Part shown: one piece after another, positions 13,609-22,848 of the stretch | How positions within the stretch are numbered: position 1 is the first letter of the stretch | How the letters are laid out: every line of letters begins with the position of its first letter | Source: Candidatus Magasanikiibacteriota bacterium | GTDB lineage: Bacteria > Patescibacteriota > Patescibacteriia > Magasanikbacterales > GWA2-37-8 | Direction of reading: 5' to 3' | Length of the DNA: 34,763 nucleotides | Assembly (NCBI GenBank): GCA_036170335.1 | Contig: JAVHOZ010000065.1 | Span: 524-35,286 of the forward strand | Notes under the pieces: generated by a model | What the model saw: the letters and a program-made list of their open reading frames with translations, nothing else | The model's database searches: none | Told to the model about the DNA's origin: nothing | Position numbers and translations under genes: made by a program

Positions 13609-13773
13609 ATGATTTTAACTTGTCTTGAATGTAAAAATCCAGTCGATCTTACTTCTTATCCGGATTTGGATATCGGTCATGTGATAGAATGTGAGATGTG
13701 TGGCATTACTTTGGAGGTCATCTCGATTGATGGTGATAAAGTAAAAGCGGAAGTTGTTGACGAGGGAAAATAA
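13609..13773 (+). CDS. LysW-like zinc-ribbon small protein (54 aa), absent from the ORF track
   Basis: Translates as MILTCLECKNPVDLTSYPDLDIGHVIECEMCGITLEVISIDGDKVKAEVVDEGK. It has two CxxC pairs with the spacing and the C..CG..LEV pattern of LysW-type amino-group carrier proteins, and an acidic C-terminus. Stop TAA at 13771-13773. Confidence 0.55.
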   Translation: MILTCLECKNPVDLTSYPDLDIGHVIECEMCGITLEVISIDGDKVKAEVVDEGK

Positions 13774-13807
13774 ATATTTTGAAAGGCTCTGAAAATTAAG
13801 GGCTTTT

Positions 13808-14365
13808 TTATTTTCCAAAAATTTGTTTTCTAAATTTATCCAGTTCTTTTTTTCCTTTTAGTTGCATTCTTAAAATATCACATACAAATTGATTGTTCCA
13901 TGATTGTAATGCGGTCGCGTCTTTGATAAATTGTTCAAAACTTTTTTTGTGAATAGTTATTTTTTCTCCGGCGTCTAGGTTTTGTTTCGCGACGACTTGA
14001 CAATCTGATGCGAGATAATAATATACAGTCCAATCCATTTTGTGTATAGGTTGGAATGTTTTTAGTAGTTTCCATTTTTTGGCCACCAGGCCGGATTCTT
14101 CCAGTAGTTCGCGTTTGGCCGCGGCCAATGGTTTTTCGCCTGGGTCGACGCGACCACCAATCAGTCCGTGATCACGTTTTTGGTTTGGTTGAAATTCTTT
14201 GGTGGTAAAAATTTTATTATCTCTCGTGGCGATGATTTGGACAGTATCGGGACGTTTGATCATTTCAAAAGTAGCCAAAGACCCATCGAACATTTTTTGT
14301 GGCCATTGATAGGTGTCAAAAATTTCTCCGGTAAAAATCTTTTTTGCTTGTTTTGGTATTTTCAT
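13808..14365 (-). CDS. NUDIX hydrolase
   Basis: Nudix box GGRVDPGEKPLAAAKRELLEESG (G-x5-E-x7-REUxEExGU). Confidence 0.85.
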   Translation of the reverse strand: MKIPKQAKKIFTGEIFDTYQWPQKMFDGSLATFEMIKRPDTVQIIATRDNKIFTTKEFQPNQKRDHGLIGGRVDPGEKPLAAAKRELLEESGLVAKKWKLLKTFQPIHKMDWTVYYYLASDCQVVAKQNLDAGEKITIHKKSFEQFIKDATALQSWNNQFVCDILRMQLKGKKELDKFRKQIFGK

Positions 14366-14389
14366 AATTTGTTAGGTTCCTGATGAAAA

Positions 14390-15757
14390 TTATATTTTCA
14401 TCAAATTTTCTATCATCCCTCTAAAACTATGGCTACCCATAAAAACAATGGCGTCATTAATCTTAGCGGCATGTTTTAGATAATTTATTAGTTCTTCGTC
14501 AACATCAAAATATTTTACATTAGAATGGGTTTTTGAAATTATATTGGCGAGTTCTTCGCCTTCAATACTACCGGGAGTTTTTACTTTTGTAAGACGGGGG
14601 ATGATGACTTCAGTGGCGTCGGCGAATTGGTGGTCGTAATCTGGAAGTGATTCTACTTGCCGGTTGCCGGTGTTTGGTTCAAAGATGGCAAAAATTTTTC
14701 CGGAATAAATATTTTTTAAAGTTGCCAGTACCGATTTGGCTTTGATAGGTGAGTGAGCAATATCGTCATAGATGTCAGCACCAGAAGTGGTGGTGCCACG
14801 TTTTTCTAAGCGGCGTTTGATACCATCAAATTTTGCTATCGCCGATATTATTTTATCTGGTTCAATTCCAATTTCTTTGGCCATAACAAAAGCGCCACAA
14901 ATATTTTCGGCCATGTAGTCACCGAGCATCGGAGAAGAAATTTCAAAAACTTCGCCGACGTTTTCTATGGTAAAAGTGAGATCGGATTTTGTTTGTACAA
15001 CATCTTCATAAATATAATTACTTTTTTCTTTACCGTAAGTTGCTATTTTAGATTTGGATTTTTGAATTATATTTTTTACGTTGTTGTCATCAGTACAAGC
15101 AACTATCAACCCAGTCGGTGGAACCAGCTGAATTAATTTTTCAAAAGCTTCCAAATAAGATTGTTCGGTCGGATAGACATCGGCATGATCCCAACGTACT
15201 GCTGTAAGTAAAAGATGAGTTGGTTTGTATGAAAAAAATTTGGCACGCATATCGTCGCGACTAGTTTTGTATTCGTCACCTTCAATCACACTCCAATCAC
15301 CACCGAGATCATCAGCGCTGAGTTCAAGACTGTTGGCCAAACCACCAAACATATAAGCCGGATCAAGGCCGGCTTCTTTGAGGATCCAAGCAAGCAGGGC
15401 AGTAGTAGTGGTTTTGCCGTAGGTACCGGCACAGACAATCGAATTTTCTTTTAACAAATACTTCGCAATAAGTTCCGGATAAGAAACATGAGGAATATTA
15501 TTTTTCAATACAAAATTTAATTCCGGGTTGGAACTGCTAGCCACATTGCCGACCACAACTAAATCTGGTATGCCCATTTTTTCAGTGTGCCAACCAGGAT
15601 AATATTCGATATTATGGTTAGTAAGATGAGTGGAAATAGGCGGGTAAAACCCAACATCCGAACCGGTAACGTGCCAGCCTTTTTTTTGCCACAAAATAGC
15701 CAAGGCACTCATCCCGACCCCACAGATTCCGATAAAATGAATATGTTTTTTTGTCAT
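14390..15757 (-). CDS. mpl: Mur ligase, Mpl/MurC type (resembles UDP-N-acetylmuramate:L-alanyl-gamma-D-glutamyl-meso-DAP ligase more than canonical MurC)
   Basis: N-terminus HIHFIGICGVGMSALA...VTGSDVGFYPPIS, P-loop AGTYGKTTTT, and IEGDEYKTSRDDMRAKFFSYKP, which matches the Mpl-type EADEYD.AFFDKRSKF.HY block as I recall it from E. coli Mpl. Assigning the symbol mpl rather than murC is tentative. Confidence 0.6.
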   Translation of the reverse strand: MTKKHIHFIGICGVGMSALAILWQKKGWHVTGSDVGFYPPISTHLTNHNIEYYPGWHTEKMGIPDLVVVGNVASSSNPELNFVLKNNIPHVSYPELIAKYLLKENSIVCAGTYGKTTTTALLAWILKEAGLDPAYMFGGLANSLELSADDLGGDWSVIEGDEYKTSRDDMRAKFFSYKPTHLLLTAVRWDHADVYPTEQSYLEAFEKLIQLVPPTGLIVACTDDNNVKNIIQKSKSKIATYGKEKSNYIYEDVVQTKSDLTFTIENVGEVFEISSPMLGDYMAENICGAFVMAKEIGIEPDKIISAIAKFDGIKRRLEKRGTTTSGADIYDDIAHSPIKAKSVLATLKNIYSGKIFAIFEPNTGNRQVESLPDYDHQFADATEVIIPRLTKVKTPGSIEGEELANIISKTHSNVKYFDVDEELINYLKHAAKINDAIVFMGSHSFRGMIENLMKI

Positions 15758-16407
15758 TTTATTTCCTTTTTCAATTTTTCCAAATCAGTGCTCCATTTTT
15801 TGCCATCGAACCATTCTAGTCCGTCAAATTGTAATTTGTAAGTATCGGTTTTGCGTGTTACCGAACCAAGATAAATATATTTTTTATTATTTTCTTTGGC
15901 ACAAACAATCGCTTTGGTCATCATACCTAGTCCAAGGTTTTTTATTTTGGAATTCAGATCGTAAAATGGATAGCAATAATGTAACAATTTAGAGTTATCA
16001 AAACAGATTACATAACCGATCGCCAAGTTGTCTTCTTTTTGTCTGTAAATAAACAATTTGTTAAAATTACTTTCGTCCGGTTCGGTGATGAGAGTCTTGA
16101 TTTTTTGTGCGGAAAAAGTTTTTTCACCAAATTTGGTAGCATAAAAATCTTTGCCAAGTTTGTGTATGCCCCAGTGATAATTGTCGTACGAAATATTGGC
16201 GACTTCCATGTTCACATTTTCAGTGTGTTTCAAAACCCTTCTATTCTCACTATTGAGCTCAAATTTGGACAAATCAATACGCAAACTTCTGGTTTGATAC
16301 ATTTCACCCTTTCCAATACGAGTAAACAAAAAACCGCCATCATAAAGATCATTTATATTGTTATCAGAAAAGTCAGTTACAGTTTTTGAGTTCCATTTTA
16401 AATACAT
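15754..16407 (-). CDS. Arginyl/leucyl-tRNA--protein transferase-like (ATE/Bpt family, GNAT/Fem-like fold)
   Basis: C-terminal block LGLGMMTKAIVCAKENNKKYIYLGSVTRKTDTYKLQFDGLEWFDGKKW resembles the ATE_C signature (LG...........Y.YLGY.......YK..F.P.E.....W). The stop overlaps the downstream ligase start (ATGA). Confidence 0.55.
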   Translation of the reverse strand: MYLKWNSKTVTDFSDNNINDLYDGGFLFTRIGKGEMYQTRSLRIDLSKFELNSENRRVLKHTENVNMEVANISYDNYHWGIHKLGKDFYATKFGEKTFSAQKIKTLITEPDESNFNKLFIYRQKEDNLAIGYVICFDNSKLLHYCYPFYDLNSKIKNLGLGMMTKAIVCAKENNKKYIYLGSVTRKTDTYKLQFDGLEWFDGKKWSTDLEKLKKEIK

Positions 16408-16410
16408 AAT

Positions 16411-16578
16411 GTTTTTGAAATTAAGTTTTTTTAATTGTGAAACACTCAGGTAATTTGTGACTCATTTCACTCTGGCTCTGAACTCGCCTGCGGGCTCAAA
16501 CAGCAGAGCCAGCCACGTTCAATTCGTCTACAAATTAAACTTCGCTTTTTCAATATTAAAAAAACCTAATTTCAAACG
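16411..16578. repeat. About 168-bp long imperfect palindrome filling the mraY / Bpt-like intergenic space (MITE-like or structured RNA)
   Basis: Outer arm 16411-16442 (gtttttgaaattaagtttttttaattgtgaaa) matches the reverse complement of 16548-16577, about 28 of 32 with one indel. Inner 9-bp stem ctggctctg (16472-16480) pairs with cagagccag (16504-16512). A shared taatttgt block lies between. Confidence 0.65.
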
Positions 16579-16583
16579 ATTCC

Positions 16584-17699
16584 TTATTTATATATCGCCA
16601 TCCAAATCCCCACCACCACCATCAAAGCATGAATAATCCAAAATCTCATTACAATTTTTTCTTCACTCCAGCCATTAAACTCCAGATGATGATGTAGTGG
16701 GGCCATTTTGAACAAACGACGTCCAAATAAACGGCGAGAAGCTACTTGTAAAATTACAGCAATAGTTTCAACGTAAAAAATAAATCCAAAAATAGGAATA
16801 TATAAAGTTTTATCAATTGAGATCATATTGATAGCCAGTAGCGCGCCCAGTCCCAGAGAACCAACATCACCCATTTGAAATCGCGCTGGTTTGATATTAA
16901 AGTAAGTATAAGCGAGTAGTGAGCCAGCAACCGTAGCATTAAGTGGAGCAAAAGCTGTACGTCCCTCTATCCAACTAATAACCGTTAATCCAACAAAAGT
17001 AATAAGCAACGACCCTCCTGCTAAACCATCTAATCCGTCAGCGATATTTACCGCGTTGGCCGTAAACATTACAAATAAAATAATAATTGGCACAATCCAA
17101 ACGCCGGCATAAATTCGGTCATCAAATGGAATAGCGAGTGAGTGCCAATGTGGGTCAAGTTTGGTGTAAACCCACCAAGCGGCTACTGCTCCGGCTAAAA
17201 ATTGAAAAATTAATTTTTCATGAACTTGAATTCCGCGACCGGGGTGTGATCCAAGCATATGAGTGAGATGTTTAAAAAATTCCCACGGTAGTATCAGAAT
17301 ATACCAAACACGCATATACCAATTGCGATGGATTTTTATCAAAATAATAGTTTGTTTTAAAGTGCGTAAACGGCGTTTAGCGCCAAAGGTGTTGAGTAAA
17401 TCATCAGCCGCGCCCAGCAGTGCAGCGATAGTCATCACACCGATTGGTACATAAGTATATTTACGACTCCAATTAAAAATCAGTGTGATGGCTGTTACCA
17501 TCAAAATTACCAAAAGACCACCCATAATCGGGGTGCCAACTTTGACTTGACGGTCGCCGTATAAGGTAAAATCATAATCATTACGGCGAGTAATTTTTAA
17601 TTTGTATAATATTTTTATTAAAATTGGCGCAAATACAAAAGACGACAGGCAAGCGCCAATAAAAAACAGCAAAGATGTTTGTAATAGGGTGGTTTGCAT
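16584..17699 (-). CDS. mraY: Phospho-N-acetylmuramoyl-pentapeptide transferase
   Basis: Motifs GAADDLLN, NAVNIADGLDGLAGG and APLHHHLE; about 10 TM segments. Confidence 0.9.
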   Translation of the reverse strand: MQTTLLQTSLLFFIGACLSSFVFAPILIKILYKLKITRRNDYDFTLYGDRQVKVGTPIMGGLLVILMVTAITLIFNWSRKYTYVPIGVMTIAALLGAADDLLNTFGAKRRLRTLKQTIILIKIHRNWYMRVWYILILPWEFFKHLTHMLGSHPGRGIQVHEKLIFQFLAGAVAAWWVYTKLDPHWHSLAIPFDDRIYAGVWIVPIIILFVMFTANAVNIADGLDGLAGGSLLITFVGLTVISWIEGRTAFAPLNATVAGSLLAYTYFNIKPARFQMGDVGSLGLGALLAINMISIDKTLYIPIFGFIFYVETIAVILQVASRRLFGRRLFKMAPLHHHLEFNGWSEEKIVMRFWIIHALMVVVGIWMAIYK

Positions 17700-17744
17700 G
17701 GATAAATCTTACTCCAAGTTAGCCAAAAAATCAAGCCGACCTGC

Positions 17745-19037
17745 TTATTTTAGCCATTCTTTGGTTTGGCGAACCAATAGTTTTGAAGCTTCCAAAGGTT
17801 CGGCCATAACTTCTTTGACGATTTTTTCCATTCGCAGTCCTTGTGAGCCTTTGATAAGTATCACATCTCCTTGATGTATTTTTTCTTGTAAAAATTTCCC
17901 GGCACTGACACTTTCCGCAAAAGAAACTATTTGGTTATCGTCTAGTCCAGCCTCACGAGCGGCGATGGCGGTATGTTTGCTAGCTTCACCAACGGTGATA
18001 AGAAAATCAATTCCCAGTTCGGCTACTTTGAAACCAATTTCGCGGTGAGTATTTTCGGTTTCTGGTCCGAGTTCCAGCATGTCGGCCAAAACGGCGATAC
18101 GTTTTGATCCTTGTGAAATAATTATTTTGGATAAAGTAGTTAAAGCGGATTTGGTAGGTTCCGGACTGGAATTGTAAGTATCGTCAATTAATAAAGTATT
18201 TTTTATTCCTTTGATAATACACATGTGTCCAGGTAGCGGTTGTAAATTGCGCAAAGAGTGTACTGAATCTAGCATGTTTACTCCCAAAATATTTCCTACT
18301 GCAATAGCGGCCAACGCCGAAGGAATCAGATGTTGCGCAATTGCTCCGGGAAGAAATACCGGCACAATATTACCTTTATAATTTAATTTAAAATTTAACC
18401 CGGTTGGCCAATTGGTTTTTTCATCAGTAATAATGTTGATATCGGTAGCACAAAAATCAGCCCCGTCTTTAAAACCATAAGTCGTAATTTCTGCTTTGGT
18501 AGTATTGGCATTTTGCATCACCATTTCATTGTCAAAATTCAAAACCGCGAAACCATCACGTTGCAAATGCGAAATAATAACCCGTTTTTCTTGGGAAATT
18601 TTTTTAATAGTTTTAAAAGCCTCGGTGTGAGCATGAGAAATATAAGTTAGCACTCCGATTTTACATGGCGCAATATCTACCAGATAGGGGATATCACCGG
18701 GTTTATCGGCACCCATTTCCAAAATTAAAATTTCCGGATAATTTTTATCTTTTATAAAAAGTAAATTTTTGGCTTTTAAAAATACTTTGAGCCAACCAAA
18801 TATAGAACTGCCGGGAGTTTTTTCAATACCAATAATAGTCAACGGCACACCAATTTCATTGTTATAATTTTTTTGACTTTTTCGAACGTTAAAATTATTT
18901 TCTAATACCACCGCGATCGCTTCTTTGGTAGAACTTTTCCCAATCGATCCGGTGATACCAATAACGTCTGGATGGTATTTGTTAATTATTTTTTTAGAAA
19001 AATATTTTAACAGAGAATGTAAAAGTGTCTTGATCAT
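17745..19037 (-). CDS. murF: UDP-N-acetylmuramoyl-tripeptide--D-alanyl-D-alanine ligase
   Basis: P-loop GITGSIGKSSTKE, a Mur ligase central/C-terminal layout (DDTYNSSPEPT), and its position between ftsI and mraY. Confidence 0.8.
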   Translation of the reverse strand: MIKTLLHSLLKYFSKKIINKYHPDVIGITGSIGKSSTKEAIAVVLENNFNVRKSQKNYNNEIGVPLTIIGIEKTPGSSIFGWLKVFLKAKNLLFIKDKNYPEILILEMGADKPGDIPYLVDIAPCKIGVLTYISHAHTEAFKTIKKISQEKRVIISHLQRDGFAVLNFDNEMVMQNANTTKAEITTYGFKDGADFCATDINIITDEKTNWPTGLNFKLNYKGNIVPVFLPGAIAQHLIPSALAAIAVGNILGVNMLDSVHSLRNLQPLPGHMCIIKGIKNTLLIDDTYNSSPEPTKSALTTLSKIIISQGSKRIAVLADMLELGPETENTHREIGFKVAELGIDFLITVGEASKHTAIAAREAGLDDNQIVSFAESVSAGKFLQEKIHQGDVILIKGSQGLRMEKIVKEVMAEPLEASKLLVRQTKEWLK

Positions 19038-19061
19038 AAATTTTAATTAAATAAGATTATA

Positions 19062-20792
19062 CTACCGATCATTCGGCACCGCATAATATTGCAAAGCAAA
19101 TTTCATCAAATCACGGAATACAAACAAAGCAGTCTGTTCCGCCCATTTACGTTGTGGCTCTTCATATTTTACCACCAAAACAAATTGGGGGTTAGCGGCG
19201 GGCGCAAAACCGGCAAAAGTATGGTTGGTGCGTTCTGCGCTAATATATTTTCCACCCTCGGCAATTTGAGCGGTGCCGGTTTTTCCGGCGACATAATAAC
19301 CTTTTATTTTGGCAATTTTATAATGATTTTCTACTACCGATGTCAACATGCCACTAAGTAATTTGGCGGTACGCTGCGAAAAAATTTGTTCGGATTTTTC
19401 TGTTGGTGTAATTTCTTTTTTACCATTTGGATATCTAGTTTCCGCCACAATGTGTGGTTTTGGTAAAAAGCCTTGATTAGCAATAGCACTGTAGGCAGTG
19501 GCGATCTGTATGGGAGTGACAGTGAGACCTTGACCAAATGAACCTACCGCACCAAATATTTCACCTTTTCTATCCAAAGAGGAAATATCACCGGTGGCTT
19601 CTGGACCAAGTTCGATACCAGTTTTTTCTCCAAAACCAAATTTTTTAACATAATCTCTAAAACGTTCATGTCCTAATTTGTCTTCAATAAACATCATGCC
19701 AGTGTTAATAGAATTTTCCAAAACCTGCGTCATAGTTTTTGTACCGTAACATTTGTTTTGAGCGTTGTGTACAGAATAACCATTAATAACGCGTACACAC
19801 GGATCGACATAAGTAGTGTCGGGCGAAACTAATCCTAAATTTAAACCGGCTGCCATAGTGATAGGTTTAAATACTGATCCAGGTTCATAAGGAGTAAAAA
19901 TAGCGTTGTTGCTAAACACTCTCAAATCTTTTACTTCTGAATATTTATTGGGATTAAAGTCCGGTAAACTGCACATCGCCAAAATTGCGCCAGTTTTTGG
20001 ATTCATCATCACTAGCGAGGCGCTTTTGGCTCCGTATTCTTCCAAACCTTTTTGTAATAATTGACAAGCTTTGTATTGCAATGATCGGTCGATAGTCAAA
20101 AGCAGATCGGCGCCATCTTGGGCGTTGACTTGTGAATGCATTGCCATGGTGATCCAGCTACCAAGCGCTCCACGTTCTCCGGAAATAAAACCTTGGTGAC
20201 CGGTTAAGATTTTGTTCCAATAACTTTCGATGCCATAACTGCCGATCTGTTGAGTGCCATCATCATTGAGTCGGCAAAAACCCAAAATCGGGGCGGCCAG
20301 ATTTTCTTCCGGATAGTAACGATATTCTTGGGGAGTAAAATAAATACCTGGTAATTTTTCCGCTTTTAATTTTTGAACAACTTCGTCAGTGATTTTTTTG
20401 GTTACCGGTTCGTAAAGATCGTTTGTTTTGGAAAATTTTTTGGTTAATATTTCACGATCGGTTTCCGGTAGTGATAAAATTTGTATCAGTTTATCAATAG
20501 TGTTAGAAGCCATTTCCGGTTTTATTTCTTTGGGTACAGCGTAGATCAAAAAATATTGACGATTGATAGCGGCGGGATATTCTTTTTTGGTTCTAGTGTC
20601 TTGAAAAAAAATCTCACCACGTTTGGGATGTAGTTGTTTGTAAATTTCGTGAGCGGTCAAAGCAAAAGTACGGTAGTATTCGGCTTGTACTACTTGTAAC
20701 ATAAACAACTTGCTAATAATTACGATTGTAACAATAATAAAAAAAATAGCAATTAGGCGCAGACGTTGATTGTCTTTATCTTGATGTCGCAT
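19062..20792 (-). CDS. ftsI: Class B penicillin-binding protein / peptidoglycan D,D-transpeptidase (FtsI/PBP2 type)
   Basis: N-terminal TM anchor. Active-site motifs S-x-x-K (GSVFKP), S-x-N (ENSINTG) and K-T-G (AGKTGTAQ). Confidence 0.85.
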   Translation of the reverse strand: MRHQDKDNQRLRLIAIFFIIVTIVIISKLFMLQVVQAEYYRTFALTAHEIYKQLHPKRGEIFFQDTRTKKEYPAAINRQYFLIYAVPKEIKPEMASNTIDKLIQILSLPETDREILTKKFSKTNDLYEPVTKKITDEVVQKLKAEKLPGIYFTPQEYRYYPEENLAAPILGFCRLNDDGTQQIGSYGIESYWNKILTGHQGFISGERGALGSWITMAMHSQVNAQDGADLLLTIDRSLQYKACQLLQKGLEEYGAKSASLVMMNPKTGAILAMCSLPDFNPNKYSEVKDLRVFSNNAIFTPYEPGSVFKPITMAAGLNLGLVSPDTTYVDPCVRVINGYSVHNAQNKCYGTKTMTQVLENSINTGMMFIEDKLGHERFRDYVKKFGFGEKTGIELGPEATGDISSLDRKGEIFGAVGSFGQGLTVTPIQIATAYSAIANQGFLPKPHIVAETRYPNGKKEITPTEKSEQIFSQRTAKLLSGMLTSVVENHYKIAKIKGYYVAGKTGTAQIAEGGKYISAERTNHTFAGFAPAANPQFVLVVKYEEPQRKWAEQTALFVFRDLMKFALQYYAVPNDR

Positions 20793-20793
20793 T

Positions 20794-21801
20794 TTAAAAA
20801 GATTGTTTTAAAAGTTTTTTTAGCGATCTTTCAGGATTGGTATTTTTCCAGATTATTTGGTGTATGGTTTGAGCGAGCGGCATTTTTGTTTTATATTTTT
20901 TTGCCAAAGCCATAGTGATTTTACAAGCTTCAATTCCTTCTACCACTTGGCCAACTTCTTTGACGGCCAATTCTTTGTTTAGATATTTTGGAAAACATTG
21001 ACCGAAACGGCGATTGCGTGATTGATTTGATAGGGCAGTACAAATCAGATCGCCAAGTCCGGCTAGATCGGTAGCAGTTTTTTCGTGACCACCCATTTTT
21101 TTTATTATAGCGGTCATTTCTTGTATAGCCAAAACAACAATAGTCGCTTTGGTATTCATCGACCATTCATAATAGTCAGCCATACCGATGGCGATCGCAT
21201 AAATATTTTTAAATGAACCGGCAATTTCAGTTCCGATGAGATCAGTTGTTTCTTTTAAACGTAAATTATCATTACATAAAACTTTTTTTACTAATTTTAT
21301 TGCTTCTTTGCTTTTGCTTGATATGTTCATAGCAGTAAAACCACCTTTGATTATATCAACAGCAATCGCCGGTCCGGAAATTGCGGTGATGAATGATTGT
21401 GAATTAGAGGGAAGAAACTTTTTAAAAACAGTTGTAGTAAGTTCTAGCGTTTTTTTATCCATTCCTTTGGAAACATCAACGCAGATAGTTTTTGGTGAAA
21501 TGAATTTGGCGGTGCGTTTTATAATGTCGGTAATAAAACTACTTGGAATCACAAGGAATATTATCTTTGTATTATGTACAGCATCTTCTAGATTTTTTTC
21601 TACAATAATATTGTTGGATAAACTGACTCCCGATAAATATTTTTTATTTTCGTGAAGATCATTAATTTGATCCAGCGGTTCGGTGTCGCCCTCGTAGTTC
21701 CAAATTTTTACCTTATAGCCGTTTGATCCGATTATGTGAGCGAGTGCCGTACCCATATTTCCGGCGCCTAATATTGTAATGGAAATGTTTTGTTTTGACA
21801 T
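20794..21801 (-). CDS. gpsA: NAD(P)H-dependent glycerol-3-phosphate dehydrogenase
   Basis: Rossmann motif ITILGAGNMGTALA and GpsA-like central/C-terminal blocks. The start was moved to the ATG at 21799-21801 (MSKQNISI) so it does not overlap rlmN; the track start is 21834. Confidence 0.8.
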   Translation of the reverse strand: MSKQNISITILGAGNMGTALAHIIGSNGYKVKIWNYEGDTEPLDQINDLHENKKYLSGVSLSNNIIVEKNLEDAVHNTKIIFLVIPSSFITDIIKRTAKFISPKTICVDVSKGMDKKTLELTTTVFKKFLPSNSQSFITAISGPAIAVDIIKGGFTAMNISSKSKEAIKLVKKVLCNDNLRLKETTDLIGTEIAGSFKNIYAIAIGMADYYEWSMNTKATIVVLAIQEMTAIIKKMGGHEKTATDLAGLGDLICTALSNQSRNRRFGQCFPKYLNKELAVKEVGQVVEGIEACKITMALAKKYKTKMPLAQTIHQIIWKNTNPERSLKKLLKQSF

Positions 21802-21805
21802 ATTT

Positions 21806-22846
21806 TTATTTATTTTTGTTAGCCAGCTGTCCACACGCCGCGTTAATATCTAGTCCTTGTGAGCGACGAATGGTACAGGTGACATCGTGGTCGTTCATCT
21901 TTTGTTGCCAAGCTTGGATGGTGGCAAAATCCGTCCCTTCAAAAAAATCATTGCAGGAACTGGCATTGTAGGGGATAAGGTTGACGCGAATTGATCCTAG
22001 TTTTAAGGCTAATTTAATCAAGGCTTTGAGATGATTACTGTCGTCGTTGACATCTTTCAACATAATATATTCCAAACCAATAAAATGAGTGCGACTAGGA
22101 AAAGCAGTGTGATATTTTTTTGTCCATTCTACGAGAAAATCCAAAAAGCCGGGACGATTGGAGGGAATAATTGCCAAGCGACTTTGCGGCAAGGCGCTGT
22201 GTAAAGATAGGGCAAAACGAACGGCTGGAAAATCTTTTTCGGTTACCATCTTGTTCATACTTTCAGGTACACCAACGGTGGATAAAGTGATTTTACGTTG
22301 TCCTATTTTAGCATATTTTACTAAAATTTTTAAAGTTAATTTAACATTTTCATAATTTAACAATGGTTCGCCTTGACCCATAAAAACGATATTGTCTATT
22401 TCTCCTTCATCTTTTTCCCATAATATTTGTTGCCAATAGCGCATCTGATCAATAATTTCGCGATAAGTCAAATTACGAGTAAAACCCAGTTTGCCGGTTG
22501 CGCAAAAAGTACAACCCATTGGACAGCCAACTTGAGAGGATACACAAATAGTAAAGCGGGGACGGTCACCTGGAATTTGTTTTTTACTGACACGTGGCAT
22601 CAGGACACTTTCTACTACTTTGCCATCTGCAAATTCTAGTAGTGCTTTGCGCGTACCGTCGATCTCACTAGTTTGTAAAACTTTTTCTTTGACTGTCATC
22701 CACGGTTCGTCGATTAGCTGTTCACGTAATTTTTTTGATAGGGTGGTGATGTCCGAAAAATTATGGATATTTTTATCAAACCATCCAAGATATATTTGAT
22801 CAAGACGATAAGTGGGTTCAGACTTTATAATTTCTTCTAAAGACAT
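21806..22846 (-). CDS. rlmN: 23S rRNA/tRNA (adenine-C2)-methyltransferase, radical SAM RlmN/Cfr family
   Basis: CVSSQVGCPMGCTFCATG radical SAM motif, MGQGEPL, and C-terminal ...INAACGQL with the conserved Cys. Confidence 0.85.
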   Translation of the reverse strand: MSLEEIIKSEPTYRLDQIYLGWFDKNIHNFSDITTLSKKLREQLIDEPWMTVKEKVLQTSEIDGTRKALLEFADGKVVESVLMPRVSKKQIPGDRPRFTICVSSQVGCPMGCTFCATGKLGFTRNLTYREIIDQMRYWQQILWEKDEGEIDNIVFMGQGEPLLNYENVKLTLKILVKYAKIGQRKITLSTVGVPESMNKMVTEKDFPAVRFALSLHSALPQSRLAIIPSNRPGFLDFLVEWTKKYHTAFPSRTHFIGLEYIMLKDVNDDSNHLKALIKLALKLGSIRVNLIPYNASSCNDFFEGTDFATIQAWQQKMNDHDVTCTIRRSQGLDINAACGQLANKNK

Positions 22847-22848
22847 AT

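Noticed and set aside
13615-13818. Track ORF on the minus strand (67 aa)
   Set aside because: It is the antisense shadow of the better-supported plus-strand LysW-like zinc-ribbon ORF (13609-13773), and it overlaps the NUDIX gene end.
16440-16530. Possible tRNA or small RNA gene in the GC-richer centre of the 16.4-16.6 kb intergenic region
   Set aside because: No cloverleaf could be drawn: there are no acceptor/T-arm complementarities and no GTTC-type T-loop. The symmetry is better explained as the centre of a long palindrome.
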